DNA from: Vicugna vicugna | Lineage: Eukaryota | Assembly: GCA_013265495.1 (NCBI GenBank) | Contig: MU061050.1 | Location: 1,072,307 to 1,136,306 of the forward strand | Length of the DNA stretch: 64,000 bases | Direction: 5' to 3' | Shown here: in pieces, positions 45,948-56,500 of the stretch | Layout: the number at the start of each line of letters is the position of its first letter | Position numbering within the stretch: position 1 is the stretch's first letter | The notes under the pieces: generated by a model | Told to the model about the DNA's origin: nothing | Seen by the model: only the letters and a program-made list of their open reading frames with translations | Databases searched by the model: none | Made by a program: the position numbers and the translations under genes

Positions 45948-47441
45948 CAGCTCTGGGGAACTGCAGGCATGGAGCCTGGGAGGAAACATGAAGGGAGGCC
46001 CAGGTCAGATGCCACCCCTGCAACCCACACTTTGAGATACCACCCCTACTTCAAGGAGGTGAGCCAGACCTCACCACAAAGTGCCCACCCAGGTCCTAAG
46101 AAAGAAGGCCATGGTGAGATGTGAGAGCACTGGAGTAAGAGTCAGGAAGCTTTGGTTCCCCCCAGAACTAGACGCAGGGCTTTGTGTGTGTTGGGGGTGG
46201 TGGTGGGGTATCATGTCTCCACTTCGGTCCTCATTGTATTCATCTGAAAACAAGGAGGTTGAGCCTTTTACATGGCCTTTATCCTCTTTTGGAGAAGGAG
46301 CCCTTTGAGAATCCAATGAAAACTGTGGACCCTCATCCCAGAAAGGGGCGCACAGAGACACCATGAGCCCATTTATGAGGCCCCCAGGATACTGATTAAT
46401 GAAGCAGGCTCTCTGTGTGCTTCAGGGCTCTTTGAAGCAGGATTTCAAAGACTTACATATCACACTAGGAGAAATAATAGTCCATTAGACCTAAAAGAGC
46501 TGAAGAACAGACTGAAACTCTCAAAATGCAACAAGGGTTGATAAAAGACCAACTCTCATGGCTAAAAAATTAATGCCATGAATATGGAATGGGGGGCAAC
46601 AAAGCTGAACAGTCAGTCATTCTTGTGAGAAAGACTTGGGTTGAATTAACAGAAGCATGTGTTAATAACAAGGGAGGTGATGGGCCAGTATACACCACAC
46701 AGTCCTGGTCTCGAGTGCATCTTGCTTGTCCTAGGCCCTTCAACAGAGGAGGCCACTAACACACTGAAGAGGCCCAGAGGCAGGCATCTTGTACGGAGGA
46801 CTAGAGGGGCCAGTGGCCCATCCACTAGTCTGGGGCCAGGGATGTTTAGTCCTGAAAAGAGGAGACTAGGGGAGGGCAGAAAGGACAAGATCGCTTTCTT
46901 CAAAGCTGTCAGGTGGACAACACATAGATACTTCATGTGGCTCAGAGGGTAGCACTAGCACTTGGCCTCTTTTTCTTTCTAATCGAACTACAGTTGATCA
47001 CTTGGCCTCTTGGTGAAAGTCGCACAGGTCAATATTTTTGGCTTAACATAAAAAACCTTGACAAAGATGGTCAAAAGTGGTAGAGAGCTTCCCAACACAG
47101 GAAGTATTCAAGCAGAGGCTCTTGAATGCTGGAAAGGGAATTTCTAAATTGGAGAGAGTGGTGGTGAGAGAAGGTAGGCGTGGTTGACTCCAGGGCCACA
47201 GACTTGGGAGTAAAGTCATTTCAAGAATTAGGGTCCCAGCTTTTTGATCTAGGGAGCGTCCTGGCTGCTAGTCTTTGCTGGTTTTCCCCAGCCCAGCCTC
47301 CCAGAGCTTTGAGCCTCCTCTCCTTTGACCTCTCCACCCCAGGTCTCCGGCAGGGCAGTGGCAAGTAGCAGAGCCCAGCTTCCTCGTCCCCTCAAGAAGA
47401 CACAGGCGGTCCCTGGGAAGAGGAGCATGGCTGACTGGCGC

Positions 47442-47455
47442 CTGCCCCCTAGTGG
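47442..47455 (-). promoter_or_regulatory. CTCF consensus motif
   Basis: The minus strand reads tgaCCACTAGGGGGCAG, a full match to the core. Confidence 0.65.
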
Positions 47456-49342
47456 TCACACGGGAGAGTTGCTCATTTCAATGTCGCTGCCCATCTCTGC
47501 AACCCTCTAGCCCCCACTACCTCCCCGCACTGTGTTCCAAACCAAATCTGGGCAGTCTGGTCAGGACACTCCCAGTCAGGTTTGTGTGGCCTCTGCCAGT
47601 CCTGAGCGCCTCTGACTTCCCTACTCCCAGGTCCTCTGTGGCCTCAGGGGACCTGAGACCAGTACTGCCTCTCTCCCACCCCAGCAACCCTTGTCCTGAA
47701 CTTACTCCAGCTGTTGGGACAAGAGTCACATGCCCCGCATTCTCGAAGCGCAGGAATGGCTCTGCTTGGGGAACCTGTGGTTGGTGCCCTGCAGCCCCAC
47801 CCCCCGGCCCCAGGAGAGGCAGGACGGGGTCAGGTGGGTTGAAAGGCCAGGAACAGAGCATCTGGGACATTACTAGGAAGGCTGGGGCATGATCTTGTCC
47901 TTTGTCCTCTCTGTGCCTCTCTCGTGGAGGCTGAGGGTCAGAGCCCTGCAGAGATGACCCTCTCTGCCCAGGAGCGCTTTGGCCAGAGCAGAGTGTCAGA
48001 CTCCTCAGAGTCTCCAGGGCCTGGTGCTGAGCCAGATGGGCCAGGGGGCTGGTTAGTCTGGGAGGCAGTGAAAGGAGAGATGGTGGGACTCTGGGTTTTG
48101 TGGGGGAGGGGTGTGCCTGAACTCCCCAGCCCCCCTCCCTGCCCCCACCTGTCCACTCCCCTGGAGAACTGGGGCAGTAAGGACGCTTTCTCAGGCAGGC
48201 AGTGGGATGGTGCCTGCAGTGAGCTCCTTTGGTGTGGGTGGTGGCTGGGGCTGTAGGGGTACACCTGCGAGGGGTCCCTGTCCCAGCCATTCCCTGCCCA
48301 CCACTGCACCACCATCTCAGTGCTGTGACATCAAAGCCCCAGGAGGCTGGAAATGGAGCTGCCTTCGCAGTGGTTATTTCTGCCCTCAGCTCCAGAGGTG
48401 GGTCGGAGCAGAACAAGGAGGGTGACCCTGCCATTTAGTCCACGGGAAGGCTGCACCCATGACCACCTGAACCCACAGATGACTCTCGGGGCCCTACCTG
48501 CCCAGTCGTGGCACCGTCCCTGTGCTGGGATAGACCTTTCCCCCATGGCCCCACTGGTACCCCTCCTAGGCTCGATACTGCTACCCACCAGGGGCCTGTC
48601 CTCCCTGGATCACCATGACCTTGAAGAAGGCCCCGGCTGCCTGTGCCAGCTCAGCTCCAGCGGTTGCCATGGCACCCTGGTACTTCTGCAAGCAAAAGCC
48701 AAACAGCCAGAGTCCACCTGGCAGGCAGCTGCTCCTGTTGCGTTGCTACCACTAAAGGCACCGGGCTCCTTCTGGAGGCCCTGGAGGCAGGGGCTGCCCT
48801 GGAGGTGAGCCTGAGCTGCTGCAGGGGTGCCCCACTCACCTTTGTGCTTCTGCTCTCCCTTCCCTCTGGCCTTCTGAGAAGGTGACAGATTGGTTCCAGA
48901 AATCCCTCTTGCCTGCTCTCAGGCAGAGCCACCCCTCACCCAACTCCCCAACAGCAAGGAGCCAGAGAGGACCCAGGAAGAAGTCCTGAGGGCTTCCGTT
49001 CAGGGTCTTACTGGTCCATCGCTTGGGGAGGCCAAGTTCTTGGAATCCATAGCCTAGTTCCCTCTAAGCTGTGCCTTCTCAGGGTCAACTTATTCTTGCA
49101 AAGTGGTCAAAAACTGAGGAGCTATGAAACTACCATCCCTGTCCAGAGCTACCCCAAATCAAGAACCCAGGCCCTGGGAGCCAGGTGCACGGAGGGTGTG
49201 GTGGAAAGTGTGCAGCCCAAAGGGACCCCAGAGAGGAGGGGCTGGAGCACCCCTCCCCACACCACCGCAGAAGAACTAATCACACATCAAAGTCGAATCC
49301 TCACCATTGGTGCTCAGACAGAGTGGTCCATAAATGGCCATT

Positions 49343-49348
49343 TTTAAT
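49343..49348 (-). terminator. ETNK2: Probable ETNK2 poly(A) signal ATTAAA
   Basis: tttaat on + within an AT-rich patch ~1.13 kb past the ETNK2 stop; the first canonical hexamer I found downstream of the stop. Confidence 0.6.
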
Positions 49349-50476
49349 GCAGAAAACCATGATAATTTACAAATGAATCATTTTATGGGCCAGAGCCAGG
49401 AGGGCCCAAGAGGCTGTGAGGACAGAAAGGAGGGGAGGCCCCTGAGAGTCTGGGGCAACAGCTCCTCCAACACCTTCACCACCCATCCTGCCTGGGCCCC
49501 AGCACACTGGGCAAGCCCTGGACATCCCTGGCCCCTGCCCTTTGACCCCTACTAGTCATTCCCAAGTCGGGGGACCTTGGGTCAACTTCAGGACAGAAGG
49601 TGGACATGGAGAGACTGTTCCTTGGAAGTGAGGGCCTGGAGGGCAGGGGAGGGAACGCAGCAGGAAGGTGCTGTCCAATCGCCCCACTCTTGGCTACGTC
49701 CCCTCTGGCCAAGCCACAGCATAAAGCAGAGCCAGTCTTTGGTGGCCCAGGATGTCACCATTCCCTTGCCTTCCCTCCTGGCAGGCACCAGAGGGACAGA
49801 ACACAAGCACGGAGCAGAAAGGGCACTGGAGAAGAGCACGTGTCCTCGGGCTGAGGTTCAGGACGGGGTTGTTTTGATTGGATCTGGTTTGGAGAAAGGG
49901 AGGGATCTCAGATGAGGGGGCTACTAGGGGAGCCATCAAACCCAAGTCTAGACCACTCCCACCAAGATTTGTGCATCCATCTGTCAGAGCTGGCAGGACG
50001 CTGGTTTGGGCTCAGCACCTCCCACACAGGGCATGTAGGGGGAGACAGGCTGGGGGCTCAGGACACTGGAGGTAGAAAGGAGCCCTCCCACCTTCCCCCC
50101 TCCCCAAGCCAGGAAGGTCAAAGACACATCTAAGGCAGCCCAGATTCCAGCATGGCCTGGGGCTAGGAATGCTGGGCTTTCCAGGGTGGTTGTGGGCCGA
50201 GCACTGGCTGGCTGCAGGCGCTCCCGGCCCCTGCCCCTCCCAAGTCTGGCAAGCTGAAGGAACCCCCAGAGCTGGGTCCTGTCAGCCCCTCCACACAAGA
50301 ATGTGACCTCCAGGGACATCACTGGGGGCTGGCAACTAGGACAGGGCTGCCTTCGCCCGGGACTCCCGCCTGTCCCCTCTCCTGCCTTGTCCAAGGGTGC
50401 AGACCCCAGAGCAGAACTGAGCCCTGGAGAACAGGTCTGGCCAGGCAGATGGGTAGGAGAAGGATGGGGAAGCTGG

Positions 50477-50549
50477 TCACTTTGGCATCTCCAAGGCTGA
50501 CACTTGAGGCTTCACCTTGAAATACTGGTTGAATCGGATCACTGCGTAC
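50477..50549 (-). CDS. ETNK2: ETNK2 exon 8 coding part (stop TGA)
   Basis: ttttttggcag|GTACGCAGTG...AAGTGA. Confidence 0.93.
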
Positions 50550-53500
50550 CTGCCAAAAAACAGGAAAGGGAATTGGGGGTAAAAAGGGAAGCTGGGTGAG
50601 CCCTGCTTGGGGCACTCACATCACAAGGTAAGTTCTCACCAAACTCGTACCGTCTAGGTCAGGGCAAATGGACCCCAGCCCAGATTGGGTTTTTTTGTTT
50701 TGTTTTGTTTTACTTCAACTATACTTTTATTTTTCTTCTTAGATCAGACTGGAGCAACCCTTCCCCAAACACGTTTGGTTGTCTGTTGATTTTTCACAGC
50801 TCAGCGTGGTCAGTGCATTCATATTGTTGACCAACAGATCTCCACAACTCTTTCATTTTGCAAAACTGGAACACTGTCTCCACCGCACAGCAACTACCCA
50901 CTTCCCTCCAGGCACCACCATTCTACTTTCTGTCTTGATGAATTTGACTACTTTAGCTTCCTCATCTAAGTGAAATCATACGATACTTGTCTTTTTTTGT
51001 GACTGGCTTGTTTCACTTAGTACAATGTCCTCAAGGCTCATCCCTGTTGGAGCATGTGGCACAATCTCCTTCCTTTTAAAGGCGGGATAGTATTCCTTTG
51101 TACGCAGAGACCACGTTTTGTTTATCCATTTATCCATCAGTGGACACTCGGGTTGCTTCCATCTCTTGGCTATTGTGGATAATCCTATTATGAACATGGC
51201 TGTGCAAACATCTTTGAGACCCTACTTTCAATTCTTTGGGGTATATACCCAGGAGTAAGATTGCAGGATTATAAGTAATTCTAGTTTTTAACTTTTTGAG
51301 GAAGCAGAGTATAATTTCCCACAAAAGCTGCACCATTTTATATTCCCAGCAGCAGTGCACGAGGGTTCCCGTGTCTCCACATCCTCACTGACACTTGTTA
51401 TTTCCTGTTTATTTAAGGGTGGCCACCCCAGTGGGTGTGAGGGGGTCTGGCTGTGGCTTTGACTTCCATTTCTCTAATTTTTGTGAACACTTTGAAGCCA
51501 GCATAGTGATTCCTTTTCAGCGGAGGGTGGGTTGAAAGGATAAAGACAGAAACTGGACAAGAATGGAGGACAACATGATTCCTGGTCCTTTAGGAACACG
51601 TGTATCTCGCACGACAGGGCCATCTAAGTAGTTCAGTATTCAAGTAAAGTCTTGGTATAGCCCCTGGCCACCCAGGTGACCCCAGTGAGTCATTCTGCCC
51701 TCTGGAACTCTGTCCCCTCTGCTATAAAATGAGGGTCGGACTCGTGATCTTTCAGATCAATTTCCAACAATTTCCTTCGCCACCAGGCTCTGTGTGGAAG
51801 AGCTCTGGTGGAAGGGCCGGAGCAGTGAGTAGGTGGTTGGAAGGCTGTGAGTAGGTGGTAGACTGGGAGCAGGTGGTTGGTAGGCTGTGTGTAGGTGGCA
51901 GGCTGTGAGTAGGTGGCAGGCTGTAAGAGGGAACGAGGATCTCCTACGAGACAGGAGGCGGGGTGTGAGCGCTGCTGACGACGTTCAGAGAGGCGCTCTG
52001 GGCTCGCGTGCGTCCGCAGGCATCTGTCCTGGAGCAGCGGCCCAACTGGACGTGGGCTGGCTGAATGGAGGTGAGCCAGCAGAGCGGAAGCCTGTGCTCC
52101 AAACAGTTGATCTGGGCTGTCCTTTGTCACATCTTGGGCCCAAGGCCCTTCCTTTCCTCCCTACCCCCACCTCCGACTTGTTCCCTGCACTCACCTGAGG
52201 AAATCGAAGTCGATGGTGGAGAACTGGTTCTGGATGAGGGCCCAGAGTGCCCAGAAGAAGTGAGACGCCTGGAAACAGACCGGAGGAGGTCAGTGTGGCG
52301 AGCCCCCCATACCTGTCATGGGCCCCATGGAGCTGGAAGGACAGAGTCTCAGACACAGAGCCGGGGCACTGGTGGAGACACAGTGGGGTGTCCCCAAAAC
52401 AGGTGGGGGTATTCCAGAGGCCAAGTCACTGGATGGTTTTGGGGGTTTCACTCCTTCTAGAAAAAGGTAAGCAGAGTAGCCTTGGGGCTTAAGCAGGATG
52501 GGGACTTTCAGCTTGTTCCCCAGCCCAAGCAGGACCCAAACTCCAGCCCTGGCCACTCTCGGACCAGGAGAATCTTCAAGACTGAGGCATCCAGGACGAG
52601 AAGAATTCCTCAGCCGGAGCTCAGGCCTGGTGGCCAGTGGAGGGGCTGGTACCCTGTCGGCAGTGCCCTGGCCACATGGTCATCACTGGCCCAGACTGCT
52701 GGAAGACCCCTAAACTGACCTCTTCCACCCCTTTCCTTCTCTTTTATCAAGAGGCGGCTCAGGTTAGAAAATGAGCGTAATTGTAGGACAAGGGGGCCCG
52801 AGTCCACAACTGCTTTCCCGGAGCCAGACCCTATGGGGCCCAGGCCACTTCAGGCTCGAGAAGCCAGAGCACCACGCTTCCTGCTGCCACTGAGCAGACA
52901 CCAGTGATGCCACTGCTTTCCCGGACCAGGCCCCCCCCCACGACCAAGTCCCACTCACTCTGGGGTTGGCTATACAGCCCCTCCCTCCATTTTCTTCCCT
53001 TTTCAGGACTTTAAAGGGGGAGGGGCATAGATCAATTAGCATGTGGGAATGATTAGTAAAAATTAAGCAAGCAGAAGGCCTGGGTGGAGCAGTTAAGGGG
53101 AGGAACCTGATGGAGAATCAGTCTTGGCCAATGAGGAAGACGGACTAGGCAATCCCAAATCATAGGTAATTAAAGATTTTATTGAAGCTCTACGACATAT
53201 TGGGAAATTCGGGGCAGCTGTCTTATTTTCTTGCTTCTGCATAGCTGATATTAACAAGACTAGCTAGTAATCCCCTGGGCACACACTGGTGGAGACCTGG
53301 CATGAGCCGTGTACCCTGGATAAGCAGCACTCAAAATCCAGAACTGACAGCACAGTCATTTGTGAAGGAAGAGCCTGAACGGAAAGGCTTACACAGAGTT
53401 CTGAGTCAGTGGAGATAGTTAACAAGAAGGATTAGAACTGACATTTTCTATCTCCTCCAAAGGCTTAAAAAAAAAGCATGTATTTAACTACAGCATGAAA

Positions 53501-56500
53501 GGCTAAGGGTTAGACACTAGAAAGAACTTGTCCAAATGAGAGAACTGCTAAAATAGGAAGCTGGGATCTTTCCTGGAAGTAGTTCTCGAGGAAGAAGAGC
53601 GCCTAGACGTGATGAAATGGGAGAAAAGCAGGGAACAGGGCATCTTAGAACTAAGGGGATGCCCACGATGGCTCTTCCCAGACCATACCCCTAGGCTGGG
53701 TTCCAGGAGCACATGATGGGAGTCCCCAGGACCTCACACCCAACCCTGGGCTCTGCTTCCTCCTCCACCACAAGGTTGTGGGAACGTAAGAGCTGGGGGT
53801 GGGTCCTGAGTCCCTCCTGCCTTCTCCCTCCCCTGCCCCTCCCTGCCCCCAGCCACAAGCACTCACCAGGGCAAACTTGTTGACTTGAACATACAGCCTC
53901 TCCACCTCCCTGGGGGTCACGGCCGCCCCTTTCTGTGCCTGCAGGTAGTAGCCGAGCCACTGCAGCTGGGTCTCCCGCGCTGGGTACCAGCAGTAATCCA
54001 CCTCGTTCACACCTGCCCGGGAGGCAGCCACACCCAAGTTGCTAGGAGACGGGCCCGCCTAGGGGTCTCCTCCAACTCAGGAGGTGTTCCCTGAACCCCT
54101 CAAAACCTCCATCTACTTTGCCCGGTGGGGCTGAGCCTCAGAAAGCAGCTCCTTTGACCACCAAACTCTAACGTGTGGAGTGTCGACCCCTATCCCAGCT
54201 GAGGGCACTGCTTTCAGTGCGCTGAGCTGGACGGAAGCAGAGAGAGAGGGAGACTCGCTGAGGGGCACAGTCTTGAGAGTGAGGGGGACCCCTAAGACAG
54301 CACTTACTGTATGCCCGCACCCTCTATAAAACCGCGGCCCGTAAGAGGCGCTCAGTCGAAGCCCTGACTCGGGGGCCTAGGTGGCTGAGGTCTAATGCTA
54401 ACCTGGAGGCAACTTCAGGCAGGCCCCTTCCTCTCACTTACAAAGTGAGGGAGCTGGACTTAATGTGTCTCAAACACTGCTTCCTGGACCATGTTGAGCT
54501 GGTTCCTTAAAAAAGCATCACCTGGAGGGCTTGGCCAAAATAGTTTCCCCGGCCCCCACCCCTGTCCAGTTCTCCACATGATTCGAAATGCAGCTTGGAA
54601 CCCCTGAGCTTGCCCAGTCCCACCCTTCCTTGCGTCCCCAAGCTGCCAGCCCAACACACACCGCCACACCCTGGGCATGGTGGCAGGGACCCTGGCTTCA
54701 GAGCTGATACAGAAAGAAGTGGTTTACTTAAGGCAGGGCCAGCCCAGAGCCACTTTCCCTGGTCTCTTCCTCCTCCTCTTCCTCCTATCTTTCCCTTCAA
54801 TCCCTGGAGAAGCACAGTCTCCTGGGCCCCCAGAGAACGGCGGGACAAGAACCCCAGGCCCAGGGAGCAGACATTTGCTCAAGGTCACACAGCCAGTCAG
54901 AGGCCGGTTCTTAGCTCCCAGCACCCAGCACGGGTCTCTGTGCTCCTCAGAACCCAGGGGGTCCCTCCGTCTCCTCTGCTGCCCTCCTTTCTCAGCTAGG
55001 AAGCAGAACGCAATTTGCCCCTTGTGAGAAATTCCAGCTCGACTTTGCTCTGTGGGGTGGGTGAGAGGGACTTAAAAAATGCTCAAAAATTACCCCTTTG
55101 GAAAGGTGGGTGGGTCTGGCAGCTGAGTACTTACCTGCCCTGCAGGTGGCCAGCCTCTGCTCTGCGCCACCCCACAGCTCAGCTGCTCTGCCCAGCTGAG
55201 GCCCCATCTGTCCCCTGAGTTCCTAGATGCAGCTGGTGGCCACCCTGGGGAGTCATGCCCTCGGGTACAAGCAGTGCGTGCAGACCTGGTCACCTGGGGT
55301 GCCAGAAGGGACACAAATATCTTCTCTCCGGGCCCGAGGGTCTGCATCTGCCTGGACTGGCCTGGATTGGGGACTGCCTGAGGCTGGGCCAGGCAGTGGC
55401 TCTGCAGTTGGCTTGCATATGCCTCAGCTATCCCAGGCCACAGGGACTGACCACATCATGCCCCCACGTTGTCAGCCTAGGGATGTCCCTCTAGCCCCAG
55501 TGTCCCCAGTGTCCAGCTCCATCCACCAGCTGCCCCTTTGGCCCCATCTAATTGTTCAACAATGAAGCCCTCAAGCTGGAAAAACCTGCCCTGCTTCCTT
55601 TACACAAAGAATTCTATTGTACACACCTGCCTTTATGGAAGGCCGGCCTTCCTACCCCCAGGACACGCCCCTCCTCCAACCGCATCCATGCCTGCATCCA
55701 TGCCCGCATCCATGCCCACTCCAGCCTCTCTCAGCTGCAGGACAGCTTCCTGCCTGCCGGACGTCAGCAGCAAACACCAGACACCAAGGAGGTAAGTAAC
55801 ACCTGCCCCGAGGGTCACGCAGCTAGTAAGCAACAAAGCCCAGGTGTGAACCTGGGAGTCGAGACTCAGAGCACAGCCCTCCTGGCTCCACCAAGATTAA
55901 TCTCATCAGGCCGCCAGGAAACAGCTACTGCAGCCTGTTCTGCTTCTTTATCTGCCCGCAGGGCCCCTATTTACAATTGTGCGGGCTGTACTGGGTACAA
56001 AGGAGCATGGACAAGAGGGTGAGTGGAGGCTGGTGTTGCCCTGTGCTGGCCCAGCTGGCGGGGGCTGTCTCTGGCCAGAGAAAGGGGTCTTTTTGTAACT
56101 CACACGTCAAGCCGAGTATCCTCAGGGATCCTATAGAGGGCGCGTTTTTCTTATTTGTACCAAAGTGCCACACGGGCCAGCAGGACCGGCTCTGTGTCGG
56201 GGGCGGTCTGGGCTTCCACACAAGACCTGGAGCTCTCGAGGCAGGCTGGGCCTCCCCATCTCCCCGAACTGTGCCGTGCTGAGGACAGGGGTGTCCAGCC
56301 TCCACTCCCCAGGTACAGAACCCCTCTCCCCCTCCCCCTGGACCTGGTCCTCCATCATAAGGAGGGTATCTTGGACACAGGCCACATAATAATGCCTTCT
56401 CACCTGCAAACTCATTGAAATGGTTGCCAATGTCAAAAGCTTGGTAATTGTAGCCGGCATATTCGTAGTCAATGAACCGCACATGACCTACAAGGCAGAG

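Noticed and set aside
46940-47150. Possible CR1/L3 relic (aggaagtattcaagcagaggct)
   Set aside because: Too short and diverged to call without RepeatMasker
47517-48434. 305-aa minus-strand ORF in the intergenic region
   Set aside because: Non-ATG start, compositionally biased, no domain, splice or promoter support
55967-56482. 171-aa ORF starting in ETNK2 exon 5
   Set aside because: Exon 5 plus intron read-through; no supporting poly(A) signal noticed
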